Source: Ylistrum balloti
Lineage: Eukaryota
Reading direction: 5' to 3'
Assembly (NCBI RefSeq): GCF_031769215.1
Contig: NW_026781868.1
Span: 62,001-126,000 of the forward strand
DNA length: 64,000 nt
Notes under the pieces: generated by a model
What the model was told of the DNA's origin: nothing
Databases searched by the model: none
What the model saw: only the letters and a program-made list of their open reading frames with translations
Program-made: the position numbers and the translations under genes
Shown: positions 25,584 to 37,800 of the stretch, piece after piece
Numbering within the stretch: position 1 is the stretch's first letter
How the letters are laid out: each line of letters opens with the position of its first letter

Positions 25584-26448
25584 CTAAAGTTCTACAGCAT
25601 TCAAGAGGTCTGCACCATTGTTCCTGTTAGATGGCATTTTCACAAAGGAAAAGACCAGCTGAGTGCCTCTGTCCAGGGTATACCTTTCGATGTGCTCAGG
25701 GTACAGGAGGAAATCTGTAAGTGGTCTCCTACTATGCAGATAGAATTTCACTGTGTGTGTTTTTATATAAAAGTTGTCTCCTTCTGCATTGAGAATTCTA
25801 TAGTCCCAGCCTGTTCCAAGTAACTGATTTAACCTGTTTCTGTTCTATTATTTTATACACAGTCTTTGTCTTTGTCATTTTGTGGGGGGTTCCACAGTTG
25901 GATATTTGGAGAAATTCTGCTGCCGTCACTGGCACCTTCACTTTAACCAGACTGTCTGATCCACATGGACTTAATTTTTCTTTAATCATTACCACCAGCT
26001 TGTGGGCAAATGATGAGGTTTGGTGGGGTATCATCACAAGCTGGTCTCTTGACACTTCCTCATCATACTTCCTGTGCCACCCTGAAAGAAAAATAGAATA
26101 CATTATAATACTGATAAGTGAACATGGTAGGTGTATATCTATGGTATGTGTATACATCTATGGTACGGTTGTGGCACAATTAATACTTAATACATCAGTG
26201 TATCTATATTGAAACATATATACAGGAAATTGATTAACAGAACACTTACCTACATAATGGATCTTTACATAACCTTCTTGGCCCTCATTTATCACCTCCA
26301 CAGGATACAGACCAGTACTCCAGGTATCGTTTGAATTCCTGCTTCTTGATCGTCTTGATTGGGGCAGATTTGTACTGTTTAACTCACTGGAATTAAGACA
26401 ATTCATTATCAATACAAAGATCAGTATTATTGATTACATTTTCAACAT
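25584..26448 (-). pseudogene. Spliced accessory gene: Tudor-knot/chromo-barrel-like domain plus an uncharacterised C-terminal domain; frameshifted
   Basis: Exon ending at 26250 (GTAAGT donor), 168-nt intron, exon starting at 26081 (TTTCAG acceptor). Together they restore YPVEVINEGQEGYVKIHYVG|WHRKYDEEVSRDQL. A 1-nt frameshift at about 25830 continues as QLLGTGWDYRILNAEGDNFYIKTHTVKFYLHSRRPLTDFLLYPEHIERYTLDRGTQLVFSFVKMPSNRNNGADLLNAVEL* (stop 25584-86). The 5' end is uncertain (candidate acceptor at 26448). Confidence 0.75.
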
Positions 26449-26576
26449 CTGTAGGTATATGACAACTTAAATACTGCACAATAACACTATATTAAAACTC
26501 AAGTTGGATGCTCGCACAGTTATTGAAATTCAGCTAAATATAATTATTTCTGACCTCAATGGCATTTTGCATTATA

Positions 26577-26752
26577 CAGTGGAACCTGTGAAATATGACA
26601 TACATTGGGAGTTCATAATGTGGTCAGATTCCACAGGTTGTTGGAAAAGTCAGGATATTTCTACATGAATTAGTAACACTTGGTATGGCAAACTGTATCA
26701 GAAAGGACAGGATGTCGGAAAAGTCAGGTGTCAGATTTCACAGGTTTCACTG
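26577..26752. mobile_element. Tc1/mariner-type MITE, 176 bp, inserted in the upstream part of the RAG1-like element
   Basis: TA TSD on both sides; TIRs CAGTGGAACCTGTGAAATATGACA and CAGTGAAACCTGTGAAATCTGACA (22/24 identical). Confidence 0.9.
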
Positions 26753-27939
26753 TATCGTCAATAGGACCTTACAGAATATTTGACATTTTAAAAACATTCC
26801 AAATATGTTGGATTAAGATACTGTTTAAATAATTGATTCTTTCTGTATGCAGTGTGTTCAAAGGCCATGGTCAAAAGAACATTTTACTATCTCTGATATA
26901 AAAACAGCTGGGACTTGTGTGAAAGTAGGTGGTGGGAACTGCCGGCTCCTATTGAACACACTTGACTCTCTGTAAATGATTGAAACTTCTTTTTTGGCCC
27001 TTATTTGACATACAAATTTCTTCTGTGGCTAATCTTAAGAAGTGCACCCCTTTTTATTTTCTGTTGATGTACGTGCACTGTACGCTTATTAGGACGAATA
27101 CAGTATATTGTCCATTCACTTAAATTCTTCTGTATGTGGGAGTGTGTCCGTTTTTTTTATGTGTTCTGAACTGGGTCTCCAGCAACCAGCATGATAATAA
27201 GCCAGAGTCTACAAACTGACCCACACGGCCACATAACGACCCCTTTTCTTGACGTGAAACGAAATAACGAAAACAAGAATGTAAAATAACAAAACGTAAG
27301 TATACATATATATCGAGCCGGAATAATTCCACTCGGTCGCTACATGTGTATTCAGACCCTTTATCTCTGATTTTCTTGACGCCTAGCGTAAATGACAATC
27401 TTCGTTATTTCGGTCTGAAAATGCAATGTCCGATCTGTCACTCTATCTGCCAAAGAAAAAACTATCATCTTCGTTATTTCAACCCGCTGTGCGACAGAAT
27501 GAAGTTATGAATACAATCGTCTTTTCATCCCGTTCCCCCATAGCGCCGGTAAATAAAGAATACATGGCCAGTGTCTTAAAATATAAGTTGTACTTTGGCG
27601 AGGGTTAGTAAAGACAAAAGTGGTGATCCTCTGGCGAGCCACTTATTGTCTTTCTGTCCCGAAATTAGTATATAGATTACGATGAGGATTTCATATTTGA
27701 ATCAAAATATTTGTTTCAGATTCTTTCTTCAAACATGATTCGAAGATCTTAAGTTATAGCTACACACGTCATTAAATATACTGATACTATTATTTATGCG
27801 TGTATACTTATATATATATGGTAGGTGTATTCCGACAATGGGCAGCGGAAATTGCATTATGAAAGCTTAATCTAATAAGTTATCAACATCAAAAACATTA
27901 ATTTAGTGATCATTGTACGATATTCTGATTGTATTATGA

Positions 27940-29138
27940 CATCACTTACTATGACGTCACGATGCCATGACGTCATACTCTGTTTCCATGTACTACTGAT
28001 ACATGTCCAAGCTGTAGGCACGCCTCTGCGTAAGTATAGTTTCAGATAGCCCATTGTTGATAATGACATTACTAATTTAAAGAAGGGGTTCCAATAGGTT
28101 TGTGGTTCGAACTTTTTTCTCTCTCTAGGGAGCTGTGGTCACTGCCCGTCTCGTGCTAAACATTTGTACTTTTGCTCTTTGGCAAGTACATTCCTCCAAT
28201 TCATTTGGGTTGCATGCGACAGGCCTTCTGTGTGTTGTTAACTACAATGAGACTTTGCCTCAAAATATTCAAAGTGAACAAAAAAAAATCGACAATATTT
28301 CTCGCAGCCCGGATGTGATGTATCACATAATTTGCCATCCACTCCCAACCCCTACCTTGACCCCAATGTACCTAACCAATTCCGTAACTCTCAGCATTCA
28401 TGATCCGACCTTTTTGGTAACCGTCAAAAATTTTCGTTTTTTATATTTTGCTACACATTTCCAATTTGTGTATGTTTCTTTCTTAATTTCATCTCTATCG
28501 ATTTGGGTGAAGATTTACATTCGGGGGATCTAAGTTCTAACATCTAAGAATACATCGTGTGTTGTCGAAAGATGAAATTTTTATCAACATTTTCCAAGCT
28601 GGAACAGACAACAATGACGATACCCGCTACCAAATTCTTTGACATCAAGCATATGAGTACTATACAAACATATTATTATATCATAATCTGGTCATTAGAA
28701 AACCCCCAAAACTGCACCAGAGGGAAGCACTATTCACAATTATTATTGAAATGAATAATTCGTTAAGTTTTTTTTCTTTTTTTTTTCACTAACCTTGTTA
28801 TCACTCAATTAAGTGATATAATGTTATAACCATAAATAGCGTACAGATTTTAATTTGTTTCTGAGGAAGGGAGTAACCAGTGTTCACAAGATCTGTTTGT
28901 CGTCCCATTATATGTTGTACATAAACCATTAACACCCTGGAAATAAGTGCAGGCAAAGCCTCGATAGGAATATTGCACAGTTTTCTGATTGTTGACATAT
29001 TAAATTATGACGTCATGGTACCATGACGTCATGCTTTGTTTCCCCTGTGTTACCGATACATGTTCCAGCTGTAGGCACGTCTCTGTCTAGGTAAGTCACA
29101 CGTTTGTTCATGTATATATATATAGTTTCTGATAGCCA
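27940..29138 (+). repeat. Pair of diverged direct repeats of about 110 bp (about 27950-28052 and 29007-29138), each with two TGACGTCA sites
   Basis: ATGACGTCA.G.T.CCATGACGTCAT.CT.TGTTTCC...GATACATGT.C.AGCTGTAGGCACG.CTCTG...GTAAGT...TATAGTTTC.GATAGCC in both copies. Confidence 0.8.
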
Positions 29139-29289
29139 ATAGTTCTCTCACTGTGGTTCAACGTTTGTATACGTTCAAAGAGTGTCCGACAGCATCGACT
29201 GCTCGGTTAGTAGAGCGTAAACTTTACTATCTCAGATGAAGATCCGAGGCGTGGGGCTTGATACCTATTAGGTATGAGTGATCTTTCTC

Positions 29290-29653
29290 AGAAAGTTGAG
29301 ATCACGGACTGTCCCCTGTTGGTGTACCCCACTTGTTGTGGATAACATCTGACGAGCCTCCCGCATGTTGTTTAGTAAGGTCACCACCTCTTTGGTCCTA
29401 CTTCAAAATGTTAAATGAGAAAAAAGTAGGTGCGTTATTGATTGTGATGAAGAGGACGCCAGGACAAGATGTCTCACCAAGCTTTATTATGTTACTTTCC
29501 TTTCAATTACAATCACCCTTTCAACTTAAACACGGTATGCGATTTGCCCCACTCTATCGTCACTGACGATCCGGGCCGGACTGGGATTCGAACTCGTGAC
29601 CTTAGACTATAGATGTCATCCACTGTGATCTAGCCACTAGCTGCCGACCGACC
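29290..29653 (-). mobile_element. tRNA-derived SINE remnant
   Basis: Minus strand: A-box-like CAGCTAGTGGCTAGA and B-box GAGTTCGAATCCC (29583-95). The body is homologous to 62785-62960. Confidence 0.7.
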
Positions 29654-32600
29654 TTGTCACGCTACACGGATTTTTGATAAATAGAAATATGACATACAAA
29701 TAGAAATCGGTGCCATCACCATAGTTACTCCGTTCTTAGTTAGGTAAAGTATTAAAGTATCCCGGATGTGTTCCTGTTTCTGAGTTCCAAGGTCAATCTG
29801 TAGAAAATTCTATCAAAGCAATACAGATGTATGAATACCTGAGATGAATTCGTGTCCAAGGTCAAGGTCATAGTTGCAGTAGGAACATTCGTATTAGTAA
29901 TCTTATTATTTCAATTATTTTATTTCACCATTACTTTAATGGAAAGAAAAATAGACTTAAATGAAATATTCCTGTGATCAATCAATATTCCGATATCCTC
30001 ATATATAAAATGTTGCCTAGTGGTACAAATATCACATCAAATTGAAGTGCCACAGAGCTAATACTAACCCACAAACTGCCTTAAACAAAACACACTTCAA
30101 TATGATACCGTGGTAACTGCTTCGTCGTTTATACGACTTCTGAAATCACTGAACAGTGTTTCAAAATCGATAACTTTATGACCCTGAACGAAGTTCCTAC
30201 CTGTGTTAGATGTCGATGTATACAGGTACATCTACAAATTACCTGGATACACTTAAATAATCACCGAACCGTGAAATATCAACTGCATCAATCGTAGAAA
30301 GATCAATATGATTTTATTGATTATGTCAGTTTTATTGGTACCGCTTAGCAACACATTAATAAATCATGTACACACACACAGGCAATTGGTTCCGTCGGTA
30401 AGGGTACTGTCAATAACTGAACATTTGGCATAGCGACACGGGATCATCTCACTGTTTATAGTTAGTGGGCACCTGTATCGTGTTCTTCACGTGTAAAATC
30501 CACGGAATTACCGTCTCATTTTACCCTAAGGTCAGTATGGGTCATTTTTTATTTCGTTTGATGTAGATTAAGATGTTACTTTCAACAGAGTGGTGTTAGT
30601 TTCATTTACACTATCGTACTGCATGTAAACAAATTACAGGGCGGATGAGACCTGGCGAATTCTGGTTCGGCAGGTCCGAAAAAAAAAACCTGTATTGTTC
30701 GATCTTACACAAATACAATCTTACTTATGTCTCACTTATTACGTTTTCAAGAAAGTTGTGTAAAACGATTCTTCCAAAAATATTGAAATTCGATTTTTTT
30801 TATTAATAGATTCATATACTTTTTTTAACTGTAAAATGAAATCATATGAATATAATAAGAAAAAGTACACCTCTTTATAAAACCTCTCAAACTACTTTAC
30901 TATTTAAAATTAGAAAATAAAACTGGGTAAGAAAATGTAAATTATTTGTATCAATTAGCCGTTTGACTTCCACTTGTACATGGCAGTGTTACATGGCCCA
31001 TCCCATCTCATCCATCTCAAACGCACAAAAACCCTTAACAAAATCACTCACGGAGTTTCATAAATCGTCCATTATAATTGATATTCTTACAAACTTATGT
31101 ACAATTTTACTTTATATTCAATGTAATTCTGACATTTTCCTTTATCAACACTGTATGGTGTCTCATGACTAGTCGTTTGCTGTATACGGCCTATATAATT
31201 CGTCCCCTTCCAATGGATTACACAATGTACAAGCCTGTATGAAGTTGTTCGTTATCACAGATAGCTGTGTGACAAAAGCAAGCTGACATGTGGTTTTAAA
31301 ACACAAAGGAAAGCTGAGAAAGAAGGCACACAAGATACAATATATTTACTTAGATTTATTGACATATACACTTTAAACGGATTTCTGACAATAACATCGC
31401 CGATCTGACAACGATGGGTACATATTAAGTTGTATAGTTCATTATCAGGATCAGGCTTTATAGAATTTGACGGGAGGGAAAACCTAATTGTGAATATTCA
31501 GTCTGTGAATGGTATCTGGAATAATACAGCTCAAATATCTGACACTACTGTTTTTTTTTTTTTTTTTTTTTAATTTTAATTACTTGGATACCTTCTACTG
31601 TCGATTAAGACTTTAATCAGTTTTATTTCCCTGTTAGTAACTATATAAGAACTTCAGGGGATATTTTGTGGTTTCGTTTCGAAATTTTGATTTAAATAAA
31701 TTTAATTTGCCTAGGTAAAGAAAAAACACTCTCTAATCTTTACCTTGTCTGAAGAATGACTGTTAAAGATTTTTCACAATATCTCTCAAAACATCTAATT
31801 TCCCCACACTAAAATTGACAAGTAGTGACATACAAATACAAGTAGATTATAGAACCACTGTATTTATACTAAGTTCTAGTCTACAACTTTTTGTTGATTC
31901 TAGAGAGGGACCAGACAGACGAACATGCCGATTACAGACCAAAATTTCCTGAATACGCTATTTTGGTAGAGTTCAGAAAATAAAACTTTCTATTATCGTA
32001 ATAATTACGTGTTCAGGTTGATCGCTAAGTCATCAAAATTCTACGGTTACATTACAAAGTACCGCGGTACATATTTTACGTTACCATCCTAATTCACTTT
32101 CTTATACGATGTTTGTAAATATAAGTTTAGAAAGACAAATATTGTTAGTGGTTTAAGTATTGTAAAACAATCTCGTTATAGGTGTACATGCCGCTTACAA
32201 GTGTCTCATAAAGCTATCAACGGAGTAGAATTGTTGTACATGAACCCACACTTGTCGACTGCTGTCCTTGTCAACAGCCATAGCCTTGTTCGTTTTCAAT
32301 CACGTGGTGTAATCAATTTCAATCAGAGATGTAATCAACACTGTTGTATGGTTGTTGAGGATATCACATTTCGCATGATTTTAACTAAATATTAAAAATG
32401 CATTAAATTGAGCACTTGTTTATCCTTGTAAAAAACATCTCACCATAAAAAAACAAAGGCTGATTCTGTATTGGCTTAATCTCACAGTCGCGGCGGATTC
32501 GCCCATTCGCACACTCCTTACTGTCCTTGTTAAATTAAACTATGAAGTCAACGTGCTTCAAATTCTTACCTACGTATTTAATCAGGAGATTACGATCAGA

Positions 32601-32674
32601 TATAGGGAAATTTCAAAATTTATTGAATTATTGGGCGAGTGATTGTATCAAGTGTTGATGGATCCCAAACGATA

Positions 32675-32793
32675 TTCCTTGATATCCCTTTGTTATCTCC
32701 CTTGATATCCCATTGATATCCCTTTGATATCCCCTTGACAACCCCTTGATATACCTTGATATCCCTTTGTTATCTCCCTTGATATCCCCTTGA
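32675..32793. repeat. Degenerate 11-12-bp minisatellite (TTGATATCCCC)
   Basis: About 10 imperfect copies of GATATCCCCTT interspersed with GTTATCTCCCTT. Confidence 0.8.
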
Positions 32794-34712
32794 TTAGACA
32801 ACGGTATCAGAAGTCACTTTATACCACAATGGGACGAATTACACTCGATATTAGAAAAGGAATTTTGCAAATGTATTACATATCACAGTTTGACTAGGTA
32901 TCGAGGGAAACATCGTGCTACACCGAAATTCTCCCCCTTCCGACACATAGAGAAAAAACAAGAAAGTCAATGCATTTACAAGCACATTGAAGATAAACCC
33001 TAAAGATCATTATGCGTAGGAAGCACCCGTATCAAATGGTATTGAGTAAACATTTACAGAGAGTGGTCATATTCTAAAGTTCTACTGTAAGATTTCCGTC
33101 TCCATACTTCCGACCTCACAACCGATCCTTTTAACCAAGCGGAATTACATTTATCAAAATGACAAGTCCATGTTTTCTGATAAGAGTTATCGTTTGTCTT
33201 TCTATCTTAAATACACACCAGTCTTTGATATCTACAAAACAAATAAAAGGGTTCTCACCTTGATCCCCGCGACCATTGCCTCGCAATGTACATACATAAT
33301 TCTGTGCAAACATGCCCATGTCTCATTTATTTAACAGGATCGAGTTTTATAAAGACTAAGAGGCATTGTATCTCAGAGAAAATCTTTTCAAGCTTCTTTC
33401 AATTATTGCTATGTCGATTTAATTCCTGAATATCGAAGAGATATCGCTGTAGTGGTATATTATAGGTATACCGAAGCCCCTTCATTTGTCATAGAGAGTA
33501 AAAAGAATCATGTTAGATTTCAGAACTTATCTTTTACAGCCGATGTCATTTGAATACACAGAAGTGAACCATATTAGTTGTTTAATAATGTTTCGATCGT
33601 TAAAAGATGGCAGTTTCCACTTTTCCAGTTTTCTTCTCATTAAACAGGTCACAACTGTATTTTTCCATTTTTTTTTTTTTTTCAAATTTTCATTATTTAC
33701 ACACTGAATCAATTTCACCGTCTTTTAATCATTTACCGTTTTAGTGGAAAAAATCATAAAAAATAAGATTTCAAATAATGAAAATTAAGTAATAGAATGT
33801 TGTTTTAGAGACTGAACAATCGGTCTAGGGCAGATAAAGACCTTATCATAGAACTTTAACATTGCCTACAGTCGTACAGCTATCCCCATGTATTTACTTA
33901 CAGCAATGCAGCTTGTGTTACACGGCAATATTTCAAATGATAGATTACTAAGTACATATATATATAATTATGTCTATCACATGACCTACCGGTAGGAAAA
34001 TAAATCGAGGCTCGTGCCCTTTACATAGAAAAAATAAGATACGAAAGCACATTTTGATTTATCATTACAAAACATTAATGCAATGTATCATCAATGCATT
34101 CAGTGTGAGCACAGAATGAACTATCAACATTAAAAAAACACAACACACATATATCATGTAAAACGGTTCGAACATGAAACTAGACTCATTCCAAGTCGTT
34201 CAGTTAATGAATTTCTTCATTGACAACAAGAAATCTATGTAAAACAGATGAATGTTATTTCGGGGTGGTTAATATCAATATCAAGTTTAGTCGGCTGACA
34301 GCAATGCGAAATAAATGTATACAACAGTCAGGTGTGTTTCTGTCTGAAAATCAATCGATAACATATTCCACCTGGCAATTGCCATTCCATATATACTCGA
34401 CACACCGACTAAGGCCAAAACCGACACCATATATCAACGCTGACAATACACTAGCATAGGCTAATTCATTACTTTTTAAACGAAATTGTCCCCGACAACA
34501 TAAGATCTATTAACGTTCAGGCACTCGCCTACATTTGACAACAAAACCTTTTGAGTGAAAATAAAAAACATTTTCTTGTGTTATTAAAGTATTATAATGC
34601 TATTTACGATAACAATATTAGCTGTCTTGGTACGGCTATAGGGTATGTGAGAAAAATAATATTTGTATGAATGAGAATTCAAGCGTGCTATTGAATAAGG
34701 CGTCTCTCAGAG

Positions 34713-34786
34713 GTCCCTGGCAACTGGACGCGATGGCCCGTAACAACAACAAACTATCTCCGAACACGTGCTCGGTTTGAGCCAAT
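34713..34786 (+). promoter_or_regulatory. Candidate proximal promoter of the TEX26-like gene: RFX X-box, E-box and CCAAT
   Basis: GTCCCTGGCAAC at 34713-24, CACGTG at about 34765 and CCAAT at 34782-86, within about 120 bp of the ATG at 34829. Confidence 0.5.
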
Positions 34787-34828
34787 CGAAGTTGGTTTAA
34801 CATAAGATTGAGACACTCCGGTGTAAAA

Positions 34829-37800
34829 ATGGCGACTGATATCGACACCGGACTAAACATGATGAATTCGTACGCCATGTATCCGGACATGGCTCCGGTT
34901 TACGATGAACCCCGGGTAAGCTATATCTGATAAATTGCTTTACTCGTGTCCAAGTTACTATGGATACAGGACCGTCAATGCACTGTTTAAATTTTCTAAA
35001 TTTAATTAATTTCTGTTACATTCGAATTCGTTACAGGTTGGAGAAAATGTGATAACACAAGGACTAACTAAAGACTTGGAAGAATTTTACGATAAAACAG
35101 AATCTAGTGCTGACAGAGAAAAGGCATTGCAACTGCTTACTTCTCTGAAATTTGGTCAAGAAATTAAACATCCGAACTATCCACCTTTAGAAAGGCCCCA
35201 TACAGCCATGCCAACTTACGGTAAGTCTGATGTGAAGGGTGGATTTAAAGGGGACCTCGAAAGGGTTTCCTGCAATATCGCTGTATTTCAATATACTATT
35301 ATGTATAACATAATTGCTACTCTGTTTAAATATTGCTATAATTCAATAATACTCTCAGCGACAATGTTTGTCGTACAATTACAATGTTTATTCAATACAT
35401 AAACAATGGTAAAATAATATAAACAATGAAGTGAAGATAATTTATTTATACGCTAGTAACTATCCTTTTTTTGTAAACAAATTTCCTTAGTGTTAAACTT
35501 TGTTCCAGAAATCAATATACGTTATATATTTGATGATGAATGTGTATATATTTAATCTCGAGTGTTTATATGATGTATTCAGATATTTAAAACATTTTAT
35601 ACTGTGTGATTTTAAGTAAGATTTTATACGACAAAAATGATTTGCAGTTTTACTGTTATACGAGAAAGCTACAAAAAACTGTTTCATAATGAAATACGTT
35701 TATCACCGTTTTGTTGTCGAATATCGATACGTAATTCGGAAAGCCTGCAGACTTTTTTAACCAATTATTTCTCGATTGACCAAGAATGTTGTTTTTTTTG
35801 TAATTTCTTTCGACCCACTTGGATTTTCCTTATTTGCCTCCTAGTTTTTCACCATTTAAGGCCTTTAGCATCACTCAAGAACCCTAGATGGATGAAAACA
35901 TTGTGTAATGCAACTAAATTTCTTTTTTGCTATGACTTTTAATTAATTTTGATTGAAGGGTGTTCTCCCTTTGTGTATTTTTGTAGAATATTTGAAACCT
36001 ATGATACTGACAGTAGGATTTGGATTAACGTGATCTATGTTAAAATTACCCGACCGATGTTATGTCTGTATGGTTAAAATTTCATGTGTTATGAATTCTA
36101 TGGGAAAGATAGAGAAATCATTTTAACATTTACCGAAAAATTATCTCTCAAATGGTCAATGGAATTTGAAAAATCGAGAATTCGAGAAAACTCCAAAACT
36201 CTTCATTAAGATATTAAATAAATTTCTCAGTATCAGAAAGTCTAAGGTACTTGAATGTATTTATAACTTGAAAAGATGATGAAACACGATTGAATATTAA
36301 TATCTAGCCAGCCTGTCTGATGTGAATGAAATCAGCATGCAATGTAATAATCAATTACAGGTGGAAGAAATCCGTACCAAACAACGTACACAAAGGATTA
36401 CCCTTTTAAGGAGTCCAGTGTGACTGCCATCAGGTAAATGATTCATGATAAATATATCACCTTTATAGTGTGGTTATATCAGGTATTGATAAGATACTGG
36501 GACAAACAAAATAACCTTGGTATTTCTCCGACGGTTTCACAATAGGTTGTCCTCGAACGGGATACCAGGAATTCGAGGAAGAGAACCTTGGTAAATTAAG
36601 ATAGAATAACGGGGTTCCAGTTAATGTGGCGTTGCAACAAATTGGAAATCAAGCTAAATTGAATCTGCTAAGTGAAACTTTGGTTAATATAGACTGCCGG
36701 TTAATACGATTTCGCATAACAGGACTTGGTTAATGTAAACTCTGATACTCGGGCTTTTTAAAGCCCACACCAGTTGAAGTTTGTATTGAATTCAGTTTCC
36801 CTTTATATACATTTTTCTTGTGAAAAGTGTGTTATTGGACATCGTGGCATTGCCATACTGAAGCTAGAGATATCTATTGCTAGAAAGAAAGTAAACAGGT
36901 AGAAAACACGAAAGTACGTTACTCAAATTCCGAATATTATACTAAAATATCACATATTGAACACTGCTACTACTACTACAGCCAGAACCTGCAAAGTTGA
37001 GATGATCTAACAATTCGTGAACAACAGGGGTTGTGGGGTTTACAAATATTAGATGTTGAGTGATCAGCCCGCCTATTAGGCGACCCAGAGCTCAACACAC
37101 ACCACGTTTATATATCACTTAATCTTCTACATTGCCATTCCAATGTATACTTATATAGTGTAACGGAAATCCAATTAGGGTTCACGTGACCGCTTTGGTT
37201 TGGTATTATATAATGACAACACACACAGGGGCAAGACACTTTAATATACTCAAGAATTTAATACTCAAATAAAATTACTAGACTTCTTTTTTTAAAAGTA
37301 TTCCGAATGATTCCTTATCGTGTACAGTGCAGGTATCTACAAATACTTAATTTTGGTTATGAATTCCATATAGATCAATTAACGCACAGAAAGGATTCAT
37401 AGCCAAATGAACGCAAGTGATTTCACTAGATGTAATAATATCAAGAAATGTGTAATCTCCGTTAGTAAATTAGTAACGAAATCAAGAACGAACATGTAAA
37501 CAGTAATGAAAACGAACAATAAGTAACCTTCTAATTGTATTGTAGTGCATAAGCACATTTTTTTTTATTAATTATTCAATTCCTATGTCAGTGGACAATC
37601 TATACAGCTGTGCCCAGTGTGTATTGTGCAGTAACGAAATAAAGCTATTACTATCTATTTGTAAATTCACAAAGTAACACTTAATAAAATTTTCGTGAGG
37701 TAAATATCTTTTGAATATTTAAACACAATAAATTCGGTATATTATACCTCGACTGTGGTTACTACCTATTTATGTATAGGTAATTACGTGTCTTATGTAA

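Noticed and set aside
26800-27200. Degenerate N-terminal zinc-finger exon (CWL..., PSCFY) resembling the RAG1/Chapaev N-terminus
   Set aside because: It needs multiple frameshifts and has no clear splice sites.
22505-28133. AGCTCCCTAGA (about 22505) and TCTAGGGAGCT (about 28123) as TIRs of the RAG1-like element
   Set aside because: The match is only 11 bp, does not extend, and has no target-site duplication.
29170-29290. tRNA gene on the plus strand (GCTCGGTTAGTAGAGCG...)
   Set aside because: The B-box is degenerate and I cannot build a cloverleaf; at most it is a decayed SINE head.
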